From Sphagnum compactum (taxonomy: Eukaryota): a stretch of DNA of 64,000 nt. The notes below the pieces were generated by a model that was given only the letters and a program-made list of their open reading frames with translations, did not search any database and was not told where the DNA came from. The DNA lies in contig OZ234493.1 of assembly GCA_965153455.1 (NCBI GenBank), forward strand, positions 2,604,001-2,668,000, in the 5' to 3' direction. Shown here in pieces: positions 52,097-64,000 of the stretch. Both the position numbers and the translations under genes were made by a program. The stretch's first letter is position 1. Each line of letters opens with the position of its first letter.

Positions 52097-55000
52097 TTAA
52101 ATAGTGGCCAAATTAAACCCAAGAAATGTTGGATTGGGACTCAGAGTTGAAAATTGACCAGCATCCCATTGCCTAGGGTCAGTTTCCACATTGACAAAAT
52201 GAATCCTTTTTTTTTTTCCAAAAAATGAATTCGTTTCTCAAATTTTCAATTATATACTTTTTCATCATCTACTATAATATTGTGATATGAGTAATGAAAT
52301 TATTCAGAGTGTAGCCCATGATAATTATGATGATTTTCAACATTTCAACTTCATATTTGCACAAAAAAATTTCATTTCACTATTTTAAGGATTATTTAAT
52401 GACGAAACTGACCTTAGGGTAAGGTAGTCTAGACTGGAGGGACCAAAAAATGATGAAGATTCAATATGACTTGTTTGGTAGTTTTTCACAAAGTTCAAAA
52501 TTATGACAGCTTTGCTCTTCATTCCCATGAAGAAAAGACTGGAATATCCAAAGCCCACTTTCAATGGGCTTTATATCAGCTCTCACCTTTATGGAAAACA
52601 ATTGAAAAAACATATCCCACTCATTTTTTGTTGCCCCTTTTGGAGAGAGAGCGTTCTTTCTTCAATTTTTTTTATTTTGCAAAAGTGAGTGACAATTATT
52701 TGCTGAAAAAACAAATCTTTCTCCTGCAAAAACCCTTTTCTCCCAAGTTTTTTCTCAAAATGTTTTGGACTCAAGCTAGTGAAAATTCACCTTGAAACAT
52801 ATCACTACTTTTGAGCACATGAAAACAACATCTTGCTTTTGGGAGTGTAGCAGAGCCAAAGGCGCACGGGAGTGGGCCATGACCTTCATCCATCAACTCA
52901 AATTCCTGGGATTCATTGACAGGCAATGGAAGAGACTAAGCACTTGAGTTTGGCAATTTTATGGTGCTTGCACTAAATCATATGTGCCAGGGATGGTAGG
53001 AAAGTTAGATGGACTTACCAAGTACTTAGGAATTGGAGCGCCCTTGAGTAGCGTCTCTAGTTGTTGCCATGTCTAAGGTTTTGGTTTGGTCCCAGTTCTC
53101 CTATTTGTGTTCCTCCCTTTTTACAATGGATTATGTCCATTTGTTCCACAAAAAAAACAACAATCATAACATATTGCAATAAATGGGATTTCTCTTTTGC
53201 CCAAAGGAACAAAAGTAGGAAAACTGTACAAAGCACACATGGAAATAGTAAGCATAACTTTTTGGACTATATTTTCCACCCCTTTTGAGTTCCAACTCAG
53301 TATTAGAACAAGTCTTGTCTTTGCTTTGACTGCAACCCCTTAATTCTAATGACCAAAGCTTCTTCTTTTTCAGGTATGGATTTTTTTTCCTTATTTTTTC
53401 CCCAAAAATCCACCAAAGAAAGATGACAACTTGAGGATCTAAATTCACTACTATAATCTCTAATTTAATTGGCTAAATTTTTTAGTAAAAGAAAACCCAA
53501 TATGAATAACCCTTAAAAAAAACCATCCAATCATTTTGAATAAGTTGATTTAAACATGATTGTTGTAAATAGGGTGAATTTTTACTAATAAAGTAATGGA
53601 CCATTTGTGTCATCATTCTAGCAAAAGGGGTGGTCATTTTGACTAATAAACTAAGGTGGTCATTTCGACTAATAGATTGATCATTTTGATTGTCAATTTT
53701 TTGTTCAAATAAAATTAGTTATTTTTAATTATTTTCAAGTATATATTAATTTGTGATAAGTAGGTAGTTGTGTATAAATAAGTTTTAAAAAGGCTAGTAG
53801 ACATGTTGGTAGGTGGTAGCCTAGCATAACCTAATTAAACATAACTTAACTTATTTTAGCTTACTTAACCTAGCCCCTTGGCCATGCACATGAGTTGTAA
53901 TTATTAAAAATTCAACCCCTCACCTACACAATAATAAACCAAGTTTTTGCCAATGGATCACATTTTCATATGATAACAATTTTTGTCAAAAAAAAAATTC
54001 CACGTCTTGTCCCTTGATTACACTAAGTTCATGTAACTAAGTAAAAAGGTAAAGCAACTACAACTATGTAATTAGAGGTATATAGACTAATGTTGTGCAT
54101 GTAAATGTCAATAGCCGTATATACAGCATGTAATCCAGTGTAAATAAATCATTTACACTTACATTTATCCTGTTATAATGTATATATATTTTTTCTTACA
54201 TTTACACGAAGCCATTGTAAATATTTGTCACATACACTTACATGGCCCTATGTAAATGTTTTGGGAGTTGTAAGTGTAAATATTAGAATTATTTGTAAAG
54301 TCACCTTGTCTTAAAGCCTCTTTTTGTGAAAAAATGATGTTTAGTATTTTCCTACTTGAACATATTTTAATGTTGCCAAATTTTGCTAAATAGTCTTATG
54401 GATGATTGCCACTTGAGCAACATCAGAAATTATTTTTAAAAACATTTGGGTTGGAAATTTCATTTTCAACCAAAACTTGATAAAGGTTTGCAATGAAATG
54501 TCTTTCCAAATATTTTTCAAAAAATTGCAAAAAATTGCTAAACAAAATTAATGCCATGTACTAAATTTGGTTTTTGTGGCTCAATTGTCATGCTGCATCA
54601 TATTTTTGTAAGTATGCCAATAATCCACATGTAAGTTTAAATTTTTTTACTACAATTCAGAATCATTCGCAATTATTGTCCCGTCAATTTGATAGATCAT
54701 TAATATTGGAAGTTACGAATTGTTTTGATTATTATCACAAAAGACATAAATTTTTTAAATAATGAACAAGGATGCCCATTTTTGGGACTTGCAACAACAC
54801 TAGTCCCAAAAATGGGCATTCATTTATTGAAGGTTCTATTTTGTGTCCACACCTTCTTACCCAATATAAATTTTAAAACCATGAAAAGCCCCCAAATAAC
54901 ATATCACAATTTGACTTATACATTAATATGGATTTTTTTTTAAGTAATGAAATTCCCATTTATCTCCTACCAAAGTTATAAGCTCATTCAAATCAATAAG

Positions 55001-56299
55001 TAAGGATGCTGTTCCTTTATTTTGGTTTTGGAAACAAATGGATGAAATCCATTGTAAAGAAAATAGAACAAGTATATGGGGGTATGGCAAAGGCACCCCA
55101 TCTAGAAAGGATGCACATTATTTGCAATCCAAAAACTGAACATTGTTTTTTGGGTATTATTGGTCTAAAAATTTAGAATCATTCACAATTAATGTCCCCA
55201 CTAAACTAGCAAGATTTTGTTTGGAGGTTGCAAATCATTTTATCGTTGGCACATAAAGGTAAAATCATTTTGCTACATAGGACAATGTGTCAAACCATTA
55301 TAAGTTAATAACACCAAAATTATGAAATATGTCAATATTTAAAAGCATTGATTTCTTATTCACAATTTTTTTCAAAAGGGTGAAATATAGGTGTTTTTGG
55401 GCTTTTAAGTCACCAAAGTTTGACAATATTTTCACAAATATTTTAAAATATCTCCAATTTCTACATTAAGTTATGGTAGGTTGTCAAAAATATAAAAGAA
55501 ATCTATAAAATTTTTAATTTTAATTATTATAATTGCCATATTTGCAAAATTTTGGCTAAGGTGGCAATCATCTTAGGAATGATTGCCACCTTAGCTACAT
55601 GACAAAATTGAGAAAATAATTGCCACTCAAATGTAACATTAGTGGATGGCATATATATGTCGACCTCTTATAGTCTTTCACAAAAGTTATTATGCACCAT
55701 ATCCTCTGACATTCAAGGTTTTCCTTGTTTCAATTACAAAACCAGCCATTACATGGTCACTAGATTAGTGGAGCGATTAGGTAGATGGTTGGTGGATTAG
55801 TAGAGTGATTAACCATTAGCCATCCTAGTGTGTAGTCTTTGGTACTTGGATGTTTTCAGATCTTCCCACTAATATTTGCATTCTACTGTTTACAATCATG
55901 TTTAGGTCTTCTTAGCATTGGTGCATTAGTCTCTACTTAACATTGCATTATGTTCCTATGTTTTATCATTTGGCCAAGTGATAATAGTACTTGGATTTCA
56001 TGGCCACATTCAAACAATGGAATTGTAGTTGTCCTTGAACACCATATTTGCATGTTTAGCAACTTCATGCCTTCTAGTTGTTATGGTCATGAAGGAAGTT
56101 GACAATAATTCTGCTCATTTCCAAAAACCACACCAAACACCAATAGGTCTTGAATGGAGAGTTGAAGCTGTCATGTATAGGGTGTGAGGTAAAAGGGTCC
56201 CCAATGCATCACAACATTTGACATTACACTTGATAGAGTGAATTTTATCAGTCAAGACCATGATGTAGTTAAGGTCAAAATAAAGTTTCAAAATTCCTT

Positions 56300-58060
56300 G
56301 GTTGTTAATACTCTGAATGATTTATCTTGAGATGACGATGTTATTGAACTTCACTCAATGACACCCATTTTTGGAAATGACATTATTGAACTTCCATTGA
56401 TGATGCCCATTTCCAAAGATGATCCATTTGTGAGCACCAAGTCGAAGATATTGACACCCACGCATGAACTAACTTGCAATGTACTGATCAAATACTAAGG
56501 ACCCATTGTAGTATTGTAGAGCTTCTCAAATCTTTTGGCAAGTCTTGTCGATGCAAGAGTGAGTTACACACTCTAAACTATCATACCATAAATATACAAA
56601 GTGTGAATTGAACTTGCTTCTTGATGGGACAATAATGTCTGACCCACCACCAAAATCTACCATTAAGTAATTTGTTGGCCAAATGTTAGGAGGTGGTCAA
56701 ATGCATCATGGAATGGACAAGAAGAATGATGGACACGCTTGGACCATCACAAAGACAACCAACGTAAAGAATGACCTTGACCTTGTCTTTAGGTGGTCAC
56801 ATTGCCTTGGTCACTTGCAATGCAAACATCTAGATTATCGTCAATTCCTTCATTTGGGTTCTTTGAACAAGACTGAGTGGGATGGTTTCTTTATTTCACA
56901 ATTCCCTTTGGGAGTTGGCCCCCCTTCAAAATCCACCTTGGCATGTAGTTATTGCAAGAGAACTCTTGTGTGTGTAAATACATGTGATGCTCGCATCTAT
57001 TATGTCCTTCCAAGAAACAAGGACACCATTCAAGCTTGCATCCATATAGGCACCCATGTCCATCCTATGGGAAAAGGGACTTGCAAGGAGAGTTTTTTAA
57101 TTGTTAAACAGTTGATAGGGATGGAAGTGATGCGAATGCCCAACGCTAAAAATTTGGTAATTCAAATAACAACTAAAGCCTAGCAAAAAGTTTCTCAAAA
57201 CCCACCTTTTGGCGGATGACAACAAGGCTACTATCATGTTGTTCAATGTTGAGTTCAATAACGTGTTCGACAAGATTTCTATGCTAAGTTCACCCAACAT
57301 TCGTCACACCATCAAGAATTTCAATAATGTTACAAAAGGGAATGGCTATATTGATAGCATCCTTGAATTGAAAAGGAGGCTACGCTATGATTACATCCAA
57401 AATAGTGTTTTCCTTGATCAAGGTGCTCCCAAGGTGTACCTTTTCAAAATGTCTACACATTGGCCTACAAGTGGTGTTGATATTGTAATGCACATGCAAC
57501 TAGGAGGAGACTTTGAGAATGTGTGGACCATGTTTGATCATGTCAAACGTGTTCAAGGCTGGACTACCATGGGTTGTCATGTTTATGACATGACATATTG
57601 CAAGGTATTGATTATAGCTATATGTGACATGCAATCTAATGATGTTGATTCACAAGTCCTCATGTGGTCTTCCCTTACAAGACTTGTCAATAAAGTAGGC
57701 ATAATAGAAAATGTCAACTTCAAAGGCTTCATGGCGAATAATGTTCAAACAAATTTCAATGCAATAAGGAGGATGTTTGGTTTTGGGGACCCTACAATAC
57801 CCATGGTTGGTAGAGAACGCATATGTCTCATGCATTGGGTGTAGTCCATGGAGATGCACACAAGACATTTTATTAAACTTGATTTTCTAAAAGAGCACAA
57901 AAGGCTTTGTCATCAATATAGAAAATGCAAACTTACGAGGAAGTGCAAGAAATGTATGCCACCATTCAAACATGGTGGTACTCAAGTGGAGCAATAGGTG
58001 AAGAAAACATTCAAGAATTGAGTGATTAGTTGGGATTTTGGCACTTTTGAATGCATCAAA
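56300..58060 (+). pseudogene. Mutator-like (MULE) DDE transposase pseudogene with an N-terminal GCM/WRKY-like zinc domain
   Basis: ORFs 56683-57183 and 57209-57844 join if one base is removed at ~57181. MULE-type core: MFDHVKR..(AICDMQS)..FKGFMANN..NFNAIRRMF..RERICLMHW, with the CxxH signature. Reading continues past the TAG at 57842 as SMEMHTRHFIK..TWWYSSG..GFWHF. Confidence 0.75.
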
Positions 58061-58379
58061 TCAATGTTGTGGAAAATTCCTTATATTTATATATATGGAA
58101 TGAACAAAATATTTCACATTTACAGTTTGAAAATATGAAGAGCATACATCAAACATATTCAAAGACTCCCACATCTTCTTAGAGAAGGCATTGCAAGCCC
58201 AAATTATGGGCAAATTTAGAAGATGGCATGTGAAATTCCATCAAATTCGAGTGCAATGAATATAATGTATAATCATTTAAGGTGTAGGTTTTAGAGGATA
58301 TGGAAAAGATGAACATTAAGTGCAACTTATGGGAAACAAACCTATGAATGCACTAAACACAAATGCAACACAAAGGGGA

Positions 58380-59515
58380 GAAGCCAATGAACAACATCAA
58401 AATGCAACTGAACTAATTGTGTAAAGAGACCTAGCTGCACTCTCAACCACTCATCAAGTAACCCCACACACATCAACCTAACCATGGGCAATGAATGTTC
58501 ATCATGATGACAATCATGAACTTGTTCAACTGTTTGATGAAGTTGTTTTTGTAAGACAACCATGGCAATATGTAACCCTAAGTTATTATTTACCTAAAAT
58601 TGGTGCACCTACACCAATTGCAACATCTGCTGGTTTTCTAAACCAACCATTAATTACCAACATCAATTTGGTACCCACTAATTCGAAGGTGGAACGACTT
58701 CAACTATTCAATAGGTTGGAGCAGCTTCATCACATTGACCAGAGATCTTTTAATCATTCAGTTTCCATACCAAATTTGGAACTTGTTGAACCTTGCGCAA
58801 GACCAATGATTGTTTGGCAAGAAACCACACACCAATAAGGCACGTGGTTAGTGAGATCTACACTTGGTCAAGGTGAAAGATCACAAGTACCACACCATAG
58901 ACCAGTTTTAGGAAGAAACCAAGGTGTTGGAATTGTAACCTATGCATATTGTCAATAGGTGGGACACTTGTTCAACCACTACACCATTTGTTGATGATAG
59001 ACTAAAACATTTATTAAAGGAGGAGATGATGAATGTTCATCAACCTATTTTCTAAACATTACAACAATAACACCCAATGTGTCTATATTAAGAACTCAAG
59101 CCATGAATCCTAATATAGGTTATACAATAATACCTATTAATTAATTGGACAACCTAATCACAACCTATTACACCGATCATACAAAGTAAATTAACATGTT
59201 ACTTACTTCAACATACCCAATGTGGTATAATGTCATACCCCCTTTTATGCCTTTAGATCCTAGTTTATATCCAGTATACCCAACTGAAACAAAAGGATTT
59301 GATCCTTCGATCTTTAAGAATTATATAGGTCATGTACATGGGTATGTGTACCCAGTTACCTGAACAACCTATTGTACCACCAACATATACACCACATTAT
59401 GTTGGAAATCAATTTCTTATAGTGGTTCAACCAATGACCAATAGGGATAGACAACCTATTTTGCAACTAGTTGCTGCAACCGTACCAACTATAGATATGG
59501 GTAAAAAAACAATTA
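58380..59515 (+). mobile_element. Second, oppositely oriented gag-like relic
   Basis: Zinc-knuckle remnant AYCQ*VGHLFNH (~58945-58980) and P/Q/T-rich degenerate ORFs. It abuts the minus-strand protease relic at ~59517. Confidence 0.4.
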
Positions 59516-59518
59516 TTG

Positions 59519-62500
59519 TTAACCATCCCTCGACCATGGTCTCTCCAACAACATGGAATAACTAGAATCTACCACACTATTATGAAATACAATAAACGTA
59601 GTTATGTAAGGAATGCCATGAACATATATCTTTAGATCTCTAGTCAACCCCATTGGTTTTGTGGTTGTTTGATCTACCATCTTCAAATTATATGGTTTAG
59701 GTTTAGGCTTTGGAAGCCTCAAGTTCAGGTTTAGGTTTTGGAAGCCCCAACCTTAATCTCAACTGTTATGTGATAATAATAACTCCAGAACGTCCATCCA
59801 ACAACACATCTTCTATTGTATTCTTCCCAATATATATTTGGATAACTACCATATGATTATCTATTGTTATAACAATTGTGCCTACTTTTGGTACTGAAGA
59901 ACCAACTTGTTTATTTGTGGTCGCTTTACTTACATTGTGAATTTTCTCTAGTTTCAACTTTTGCCAAAGATATTTTTTTAGCTTTGGAGCTATTTTAAGC
60001 AACTATCTTAAGTTCAAAATATAACTTGTTTCTAGCATTTGCTTACCAATGTCTAGAAAAATCTCTTCTACTGTGATCAATTTCCCTTGTGAATGCACTA
60101 CTTTTTGAGATTTTTATGCGTCCACAGGAGTAGTAATTGGCATACTCGGCCAGGTTGTGTGCCATCCCTCCATGGATGTGGATGGCATTTTGATCTAGGT
60201 TTGTGTTTTCTAAATCTAGTGAATTGTCTCCACCATAGATTGCTTCAACCGTTCTTCTTTTTCCTAGTTAGCAACTCTTTGCTTTTCTTGGCTCTCTATC
60301 TTTGACACTTTTTTTTAGTTACTTTACTTCTTCTGGTAAAATTAACAATCACCATATTCACATCCACAATAATTGTTTATGTCTTAGTAACAAATTGAAC
60401 CTCTATTACTGTCATAGATTTCCCATGAAACATTTTTTGCATCTCAGTAAACTTTGGACAATTTGTCATTTTATGTCCATTCAAACCATAGATGTGACAT
60501 GCATATGAAAATGTATTATGTGTTTTTTGACTTGGTTGTGTCGCCTTTGTGGTTGCCACCGTGGTTTGGTGTGAGGCGACTTTCTGTCCCTCTACTCTCG
60601 GTTCTATGAGGTGACTATACTCAAAAGTACATATGCTACCGGTGAAGGAAAAGTGCAAGTGTATTTCTAAATGTTAGATTGCAGTTGTAGTTGAAACCAA
60701 GTAGCTTGCTTCCTATGCATCATTTACGATTTAGGATTGATAGACATATTTTCCAAGCCTAAGCACTCCAAATCCTAGAATTTTATGTTAAATTGTCATT
60801 CATTTAAACCAATTTTTAAGGGTTCAACTCCATGTCCGACTTGGCAGTAGACCTCCAATCACTTAAAATTTTATTCCTACCACATACGTTATCCAAATCT
60901 AGTTTGTTTAGGTTCATTAGAAAGTTAATTACAAGGCCAACCTTCTTACCAAATCCTAAGTTATGTAGCTAAACCAACAAAAAGTTATGCTACCAAACCC
61001 GAGAGGGTTTTATGAAAGTAGAGAGTTCAACTTGGCTGCAGACCACCAGTCACTTGAAATATTATTCCTAACATATACGTTATTTGGCTTGCCTTAGCTC
61101 ATTAGAAAGGTGCACCTTCCTACCAGATTTTAAACTTTGCAGCTAAAACAGCAAGAAGTTATGCTACCAAACCCGAGAAGGTTTGTGAAATTTCTGTAAG
61201 ATTTTAAGCTCCTAACACTATGCCTACTCATTTCCATTATTTCAAAACTAGTTCAAACGTCCATTCTACTCTCTTTCTTTCCACCACCTACCAAGCCTAA
61301 TCATTCTTTTCCTCCTCAAATAGGTTGTGGGAACAAATATTTTCAAGATTTGAATCGAAAATTATCCTCCGAAAAAAAAAGAACCCCAAATGATCCGAAT
61401 TCGCCCCTGTAAAGACAAGGAGAAGGAAGGAGGTGAAGGAAGATCCCAACTTGGTGGCCAATGGAAGGTTCCATTGCTTGGTGGCCTTTAGAAGGAGAAG
61501 GAGAAGCACCTTTTCACCTCTTTTCACTTTCCCCCCAACAAATTTTACTTAAACTTTCATTTTTTTCTTTGATTTTAAGCTTTTACTTTACCATGGTTCC
61601 AGGCCATTACTTACGCATTTCCCCCCATTTTTTTGACCTATAAACTACGACCGCGCATCTCGATGTCACAAGTCCTCCACACATACATTGTCGATTTGAT
61701 TTTGATTGAAGATCTTTTCTCTTTTCCTTGAAATTATGGTGTCGCATATGGCCATGTCTTACGGGCCTCAAACTGCATAAATGAATGAAGAACCGGCTCC
61801 GGAGTCATCTTTAGATTTAACGTTGATGCAGCATCCTCATGATGAAGATCCTGAATTGCAAGAGGTGCGCGCTCCTCTTGCAGTCAATCCCCTTTGAGCT
61901 TGGTACTATCGCATTTCTTCGAACTCTCGCAGCCTGGTGATTTTGTTACAAATCGACCCTGCTTCTGGTGATGAACCTGAAACCATCTGTGAAGGTTGTT
62001 ATGAAACTGAAGACACCTCCATCTTTGCATGGTCTTCAATTTTCGATGTTGGACACTATCATTGGTTGCGCGGTCCGATTCACCGACTACCTCCTAATAA
62101 CAAGGCGGATTACCTAGTTTGCACCATTCGACGCATCCTATATTTCCTGGAGTAATGAACTATCATTGTGGCATAGCCCAGGACTTAAGATATAATTGCA
62201 ACTACTCGTTGAGCTTATCCATAATCCAAATAAATGTTTCATTCATTACGAAACTCATGTTGCCATTGCCACCCTATCCCCATGTTTATTTAATCGTTAA
62301 GTTGTTTCAACTTAATTTTATGCTTATAAGGTTTGAAGATTGTTTTATCTCTATTTGACCTTTCATTGACATCCCCTCACCTGCTTCATGAATCTCAAAC
62401 ATCCTTGCTACTCACTAAATACTAAAACAAGACCAAAGTTTTGTTGCACACCATGAATTTTGGTGGCTGCTTTTACCCTCAACCCTTTAGAGATTTTCTC

Positions 62501-63640
62501 ACCCCTAATTATGCCACTGAGGTTCTAAAACTATGGTTTACCGGCTTTTTGTTGAAGAAAAGAACTAACCCAACACCTTATTCACCAATATCATATTTCA
62601 AAAAAGAAAACAACCCCCACACAGACCCATGCACATTCATCATCCCTTATTCCAACATGAAGTTGTTAAGAACCCTTAATAACCTTACCACATTCGAATA
62701 TCCTTGATGCAACTCTTAAAAATTAAGATTACCAAACATGGCTATGTCGCTATGGTTCACATTTGGTCTTTCTTCTTTCTACATGTCTCCACATTGTGAT
62801 TTGTCATCCCACAATTTGTGCAATGATATTAGTCTTTCTATATTACTTTGTGTTTTTGCTAGTATTATATGTTTAATACTCTCTAGTACTAACAATGCAC
62901 TTTTTACTTCTGTAGTAGTCATACCTTCTTCACACAACATTGCCGCCTCCTTATGTTGTTGTAATGTTGACTGCTTCATCCTTATAGTTGCTGATTGCAA
63001 ACCCGTTCTAAACACAATAGTTAGAAAGTTGTATGTGGTTGGTACTTGTAAACCATGAGCCAACTTTTGAATCCTTCATAGTAAACCTCCACCCTTTTAG
63101 TCTCCTCTTCCTTCATGTTTTTCAGCTCCATGTATATTTACTCATCATTCTGAGTCTTCCGATGACGTTTGCAAAATGCTTGAGTAAGTTTCGGAAAAGT
63201 ATAGTAAGGAAATTTTGACATTTAATTATGGCACTAATCCGATGTCGTATCTCTTAGTGTATAGCTAAACACATTGATGTACCTTTTAGAAGTCTTTGCA
63301 TTTGCTTTTACTATAGAATTGAACATTTTAACATGAACATCTGGATCAACATCTTTTTTGAAATCAGGATATTTAAGAGTTATTTTGTTTGGCTTAACAT
63401 AATGGCCATCTTTGTAATCAAGAATTGGTACCATTATAACAATTGGTTCTCGGTCTCCACCTTTTGAATGCATGGCATCTGCACTTTTACACCCTCCAAT
63501 AGCCATTGAATTCGTCAATGGTCGATTTGCAGTCCTGTTCCCATGAGTAGCTGTTATCAGATAAGTAAACACCATTTGAGGTATGCCAATAACTCTAGTA
63601 GCAGTTGCTGGTAGCACTAAACTTTGACTCAGATTCTTTC
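59519..63640 (-). mobile_element. Degenerate Ty3/gypsy gag-protease region split by a nested solo LTR
   Basis: Gag-like LKYPDFKKDVDPDVHVKMF..FSYTLRD (63234-63617). Two zinc knuckles: CTNCGMTNHNVETC (~62820-62780) and CHIYGLNGHKMTNC (~60500-60460). Aspartic protease VLLDGRSGV (59810-59780) and YSMLLERPW (59560-59530). Confidence 0.8.
60570..62761. mobile_element. 2192-bp TG..CA element (solo LTR) inserted in gag, with TSD TTTGG
   Basis: Termini TGTGA (60570) and TCACA (62757-62761); TTTGG lies at 60565-60569 and 62762-62766. Removing the element and one TSD copy restores the gag reading CRKKKDQ-TTVATTKATQP. An internal ~200-bp tandem duplication spans 60820-61190. Confidence 0.85.
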
Positions 63641-64000
63641 TGACACACCCCCAAACTCCTTGTAAGACTCAAATGCAAGTCCGAAAGTGAAAACAATGGA
63701 ATAAAAAATTGGGATGTGCTTCTTAGCTCGTAGCACTTTGGGGGTAACAAGGGCGTGCTGGAGCTTTGGGATAGGGACTAGGAACAATGATAAGTGATTC
63801 AACTATTCACACATGCCTTCACAAACTAAACAATAAGTTGGTTAGTGCATATTCACACAAGTCACGAGCACATTCGGATTCACAAGACTCACCATGGCCT
63901 AGATTTAGGAGAAGCCATCACCTTCCCCCTTCTAGTATTTTCTAAACATGGCCACAGGGCTTGCATCCAAATGTCATTTTGTCTCGGGACTCTCAAGTTG
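63641..64000. mobile_element. LTR related to 9929-10748, running off the end of the window
   Basis: Starts with TGACAC and shares CACGAGCAC..GACTCACCA(C/T)GGCCT.GA.T..GG.GAAGCCA.CACCTTCCCCC..CATCC.AATG.CA.TTT..C.CGGGACTC with 10181-10300. There is no PBS on the gag side, so it is probably an insertion rather than the element's own LTR. Confidence 0.75.

Overview
This is AT-rich, intron-containing eukaryotic DNA from a land plant. The gene content and repeat style suggest a moss, possibly Sphagnum, but that is inference only. Two intact multi-exon genes converge tail-to-tail: a phytochrome-interacting-factor-like bHLH gene (+, CDS 36166-39932, ~779 aa) and a canonical Pumilio/PUF gene (-, CDS 50173-43945, ~1163 aa). 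There is one tRNA-Gln(TTG) gene at 25327-25398. The flanks (1-33 kb and 51-64 kb) are mostly decayed transposons: an internally deleted Helentron-like rolling-circle element (OTU protease, DUF6570-like region, PIF1-helicase C-terminus, AP-type endonuclease), solo LTRs with exact 5-bp TSDs (9929-10748; 60570-62761, the latter carrying an internal ORF), a Ty3/gypsy gag-protease relic, a Mutator-type transposase pseudogene with a GCM-like zinc domain, a CACTA end, a hAT-like BED relic and several MITEs. Unexplained segments include a CpG-rich structured island (29.7-30.5 kb) and a decayed coding-like tract next to the tRNA, near short telomere-type repeats. All homology calls come from motif recognition by eye; no database searches were run.
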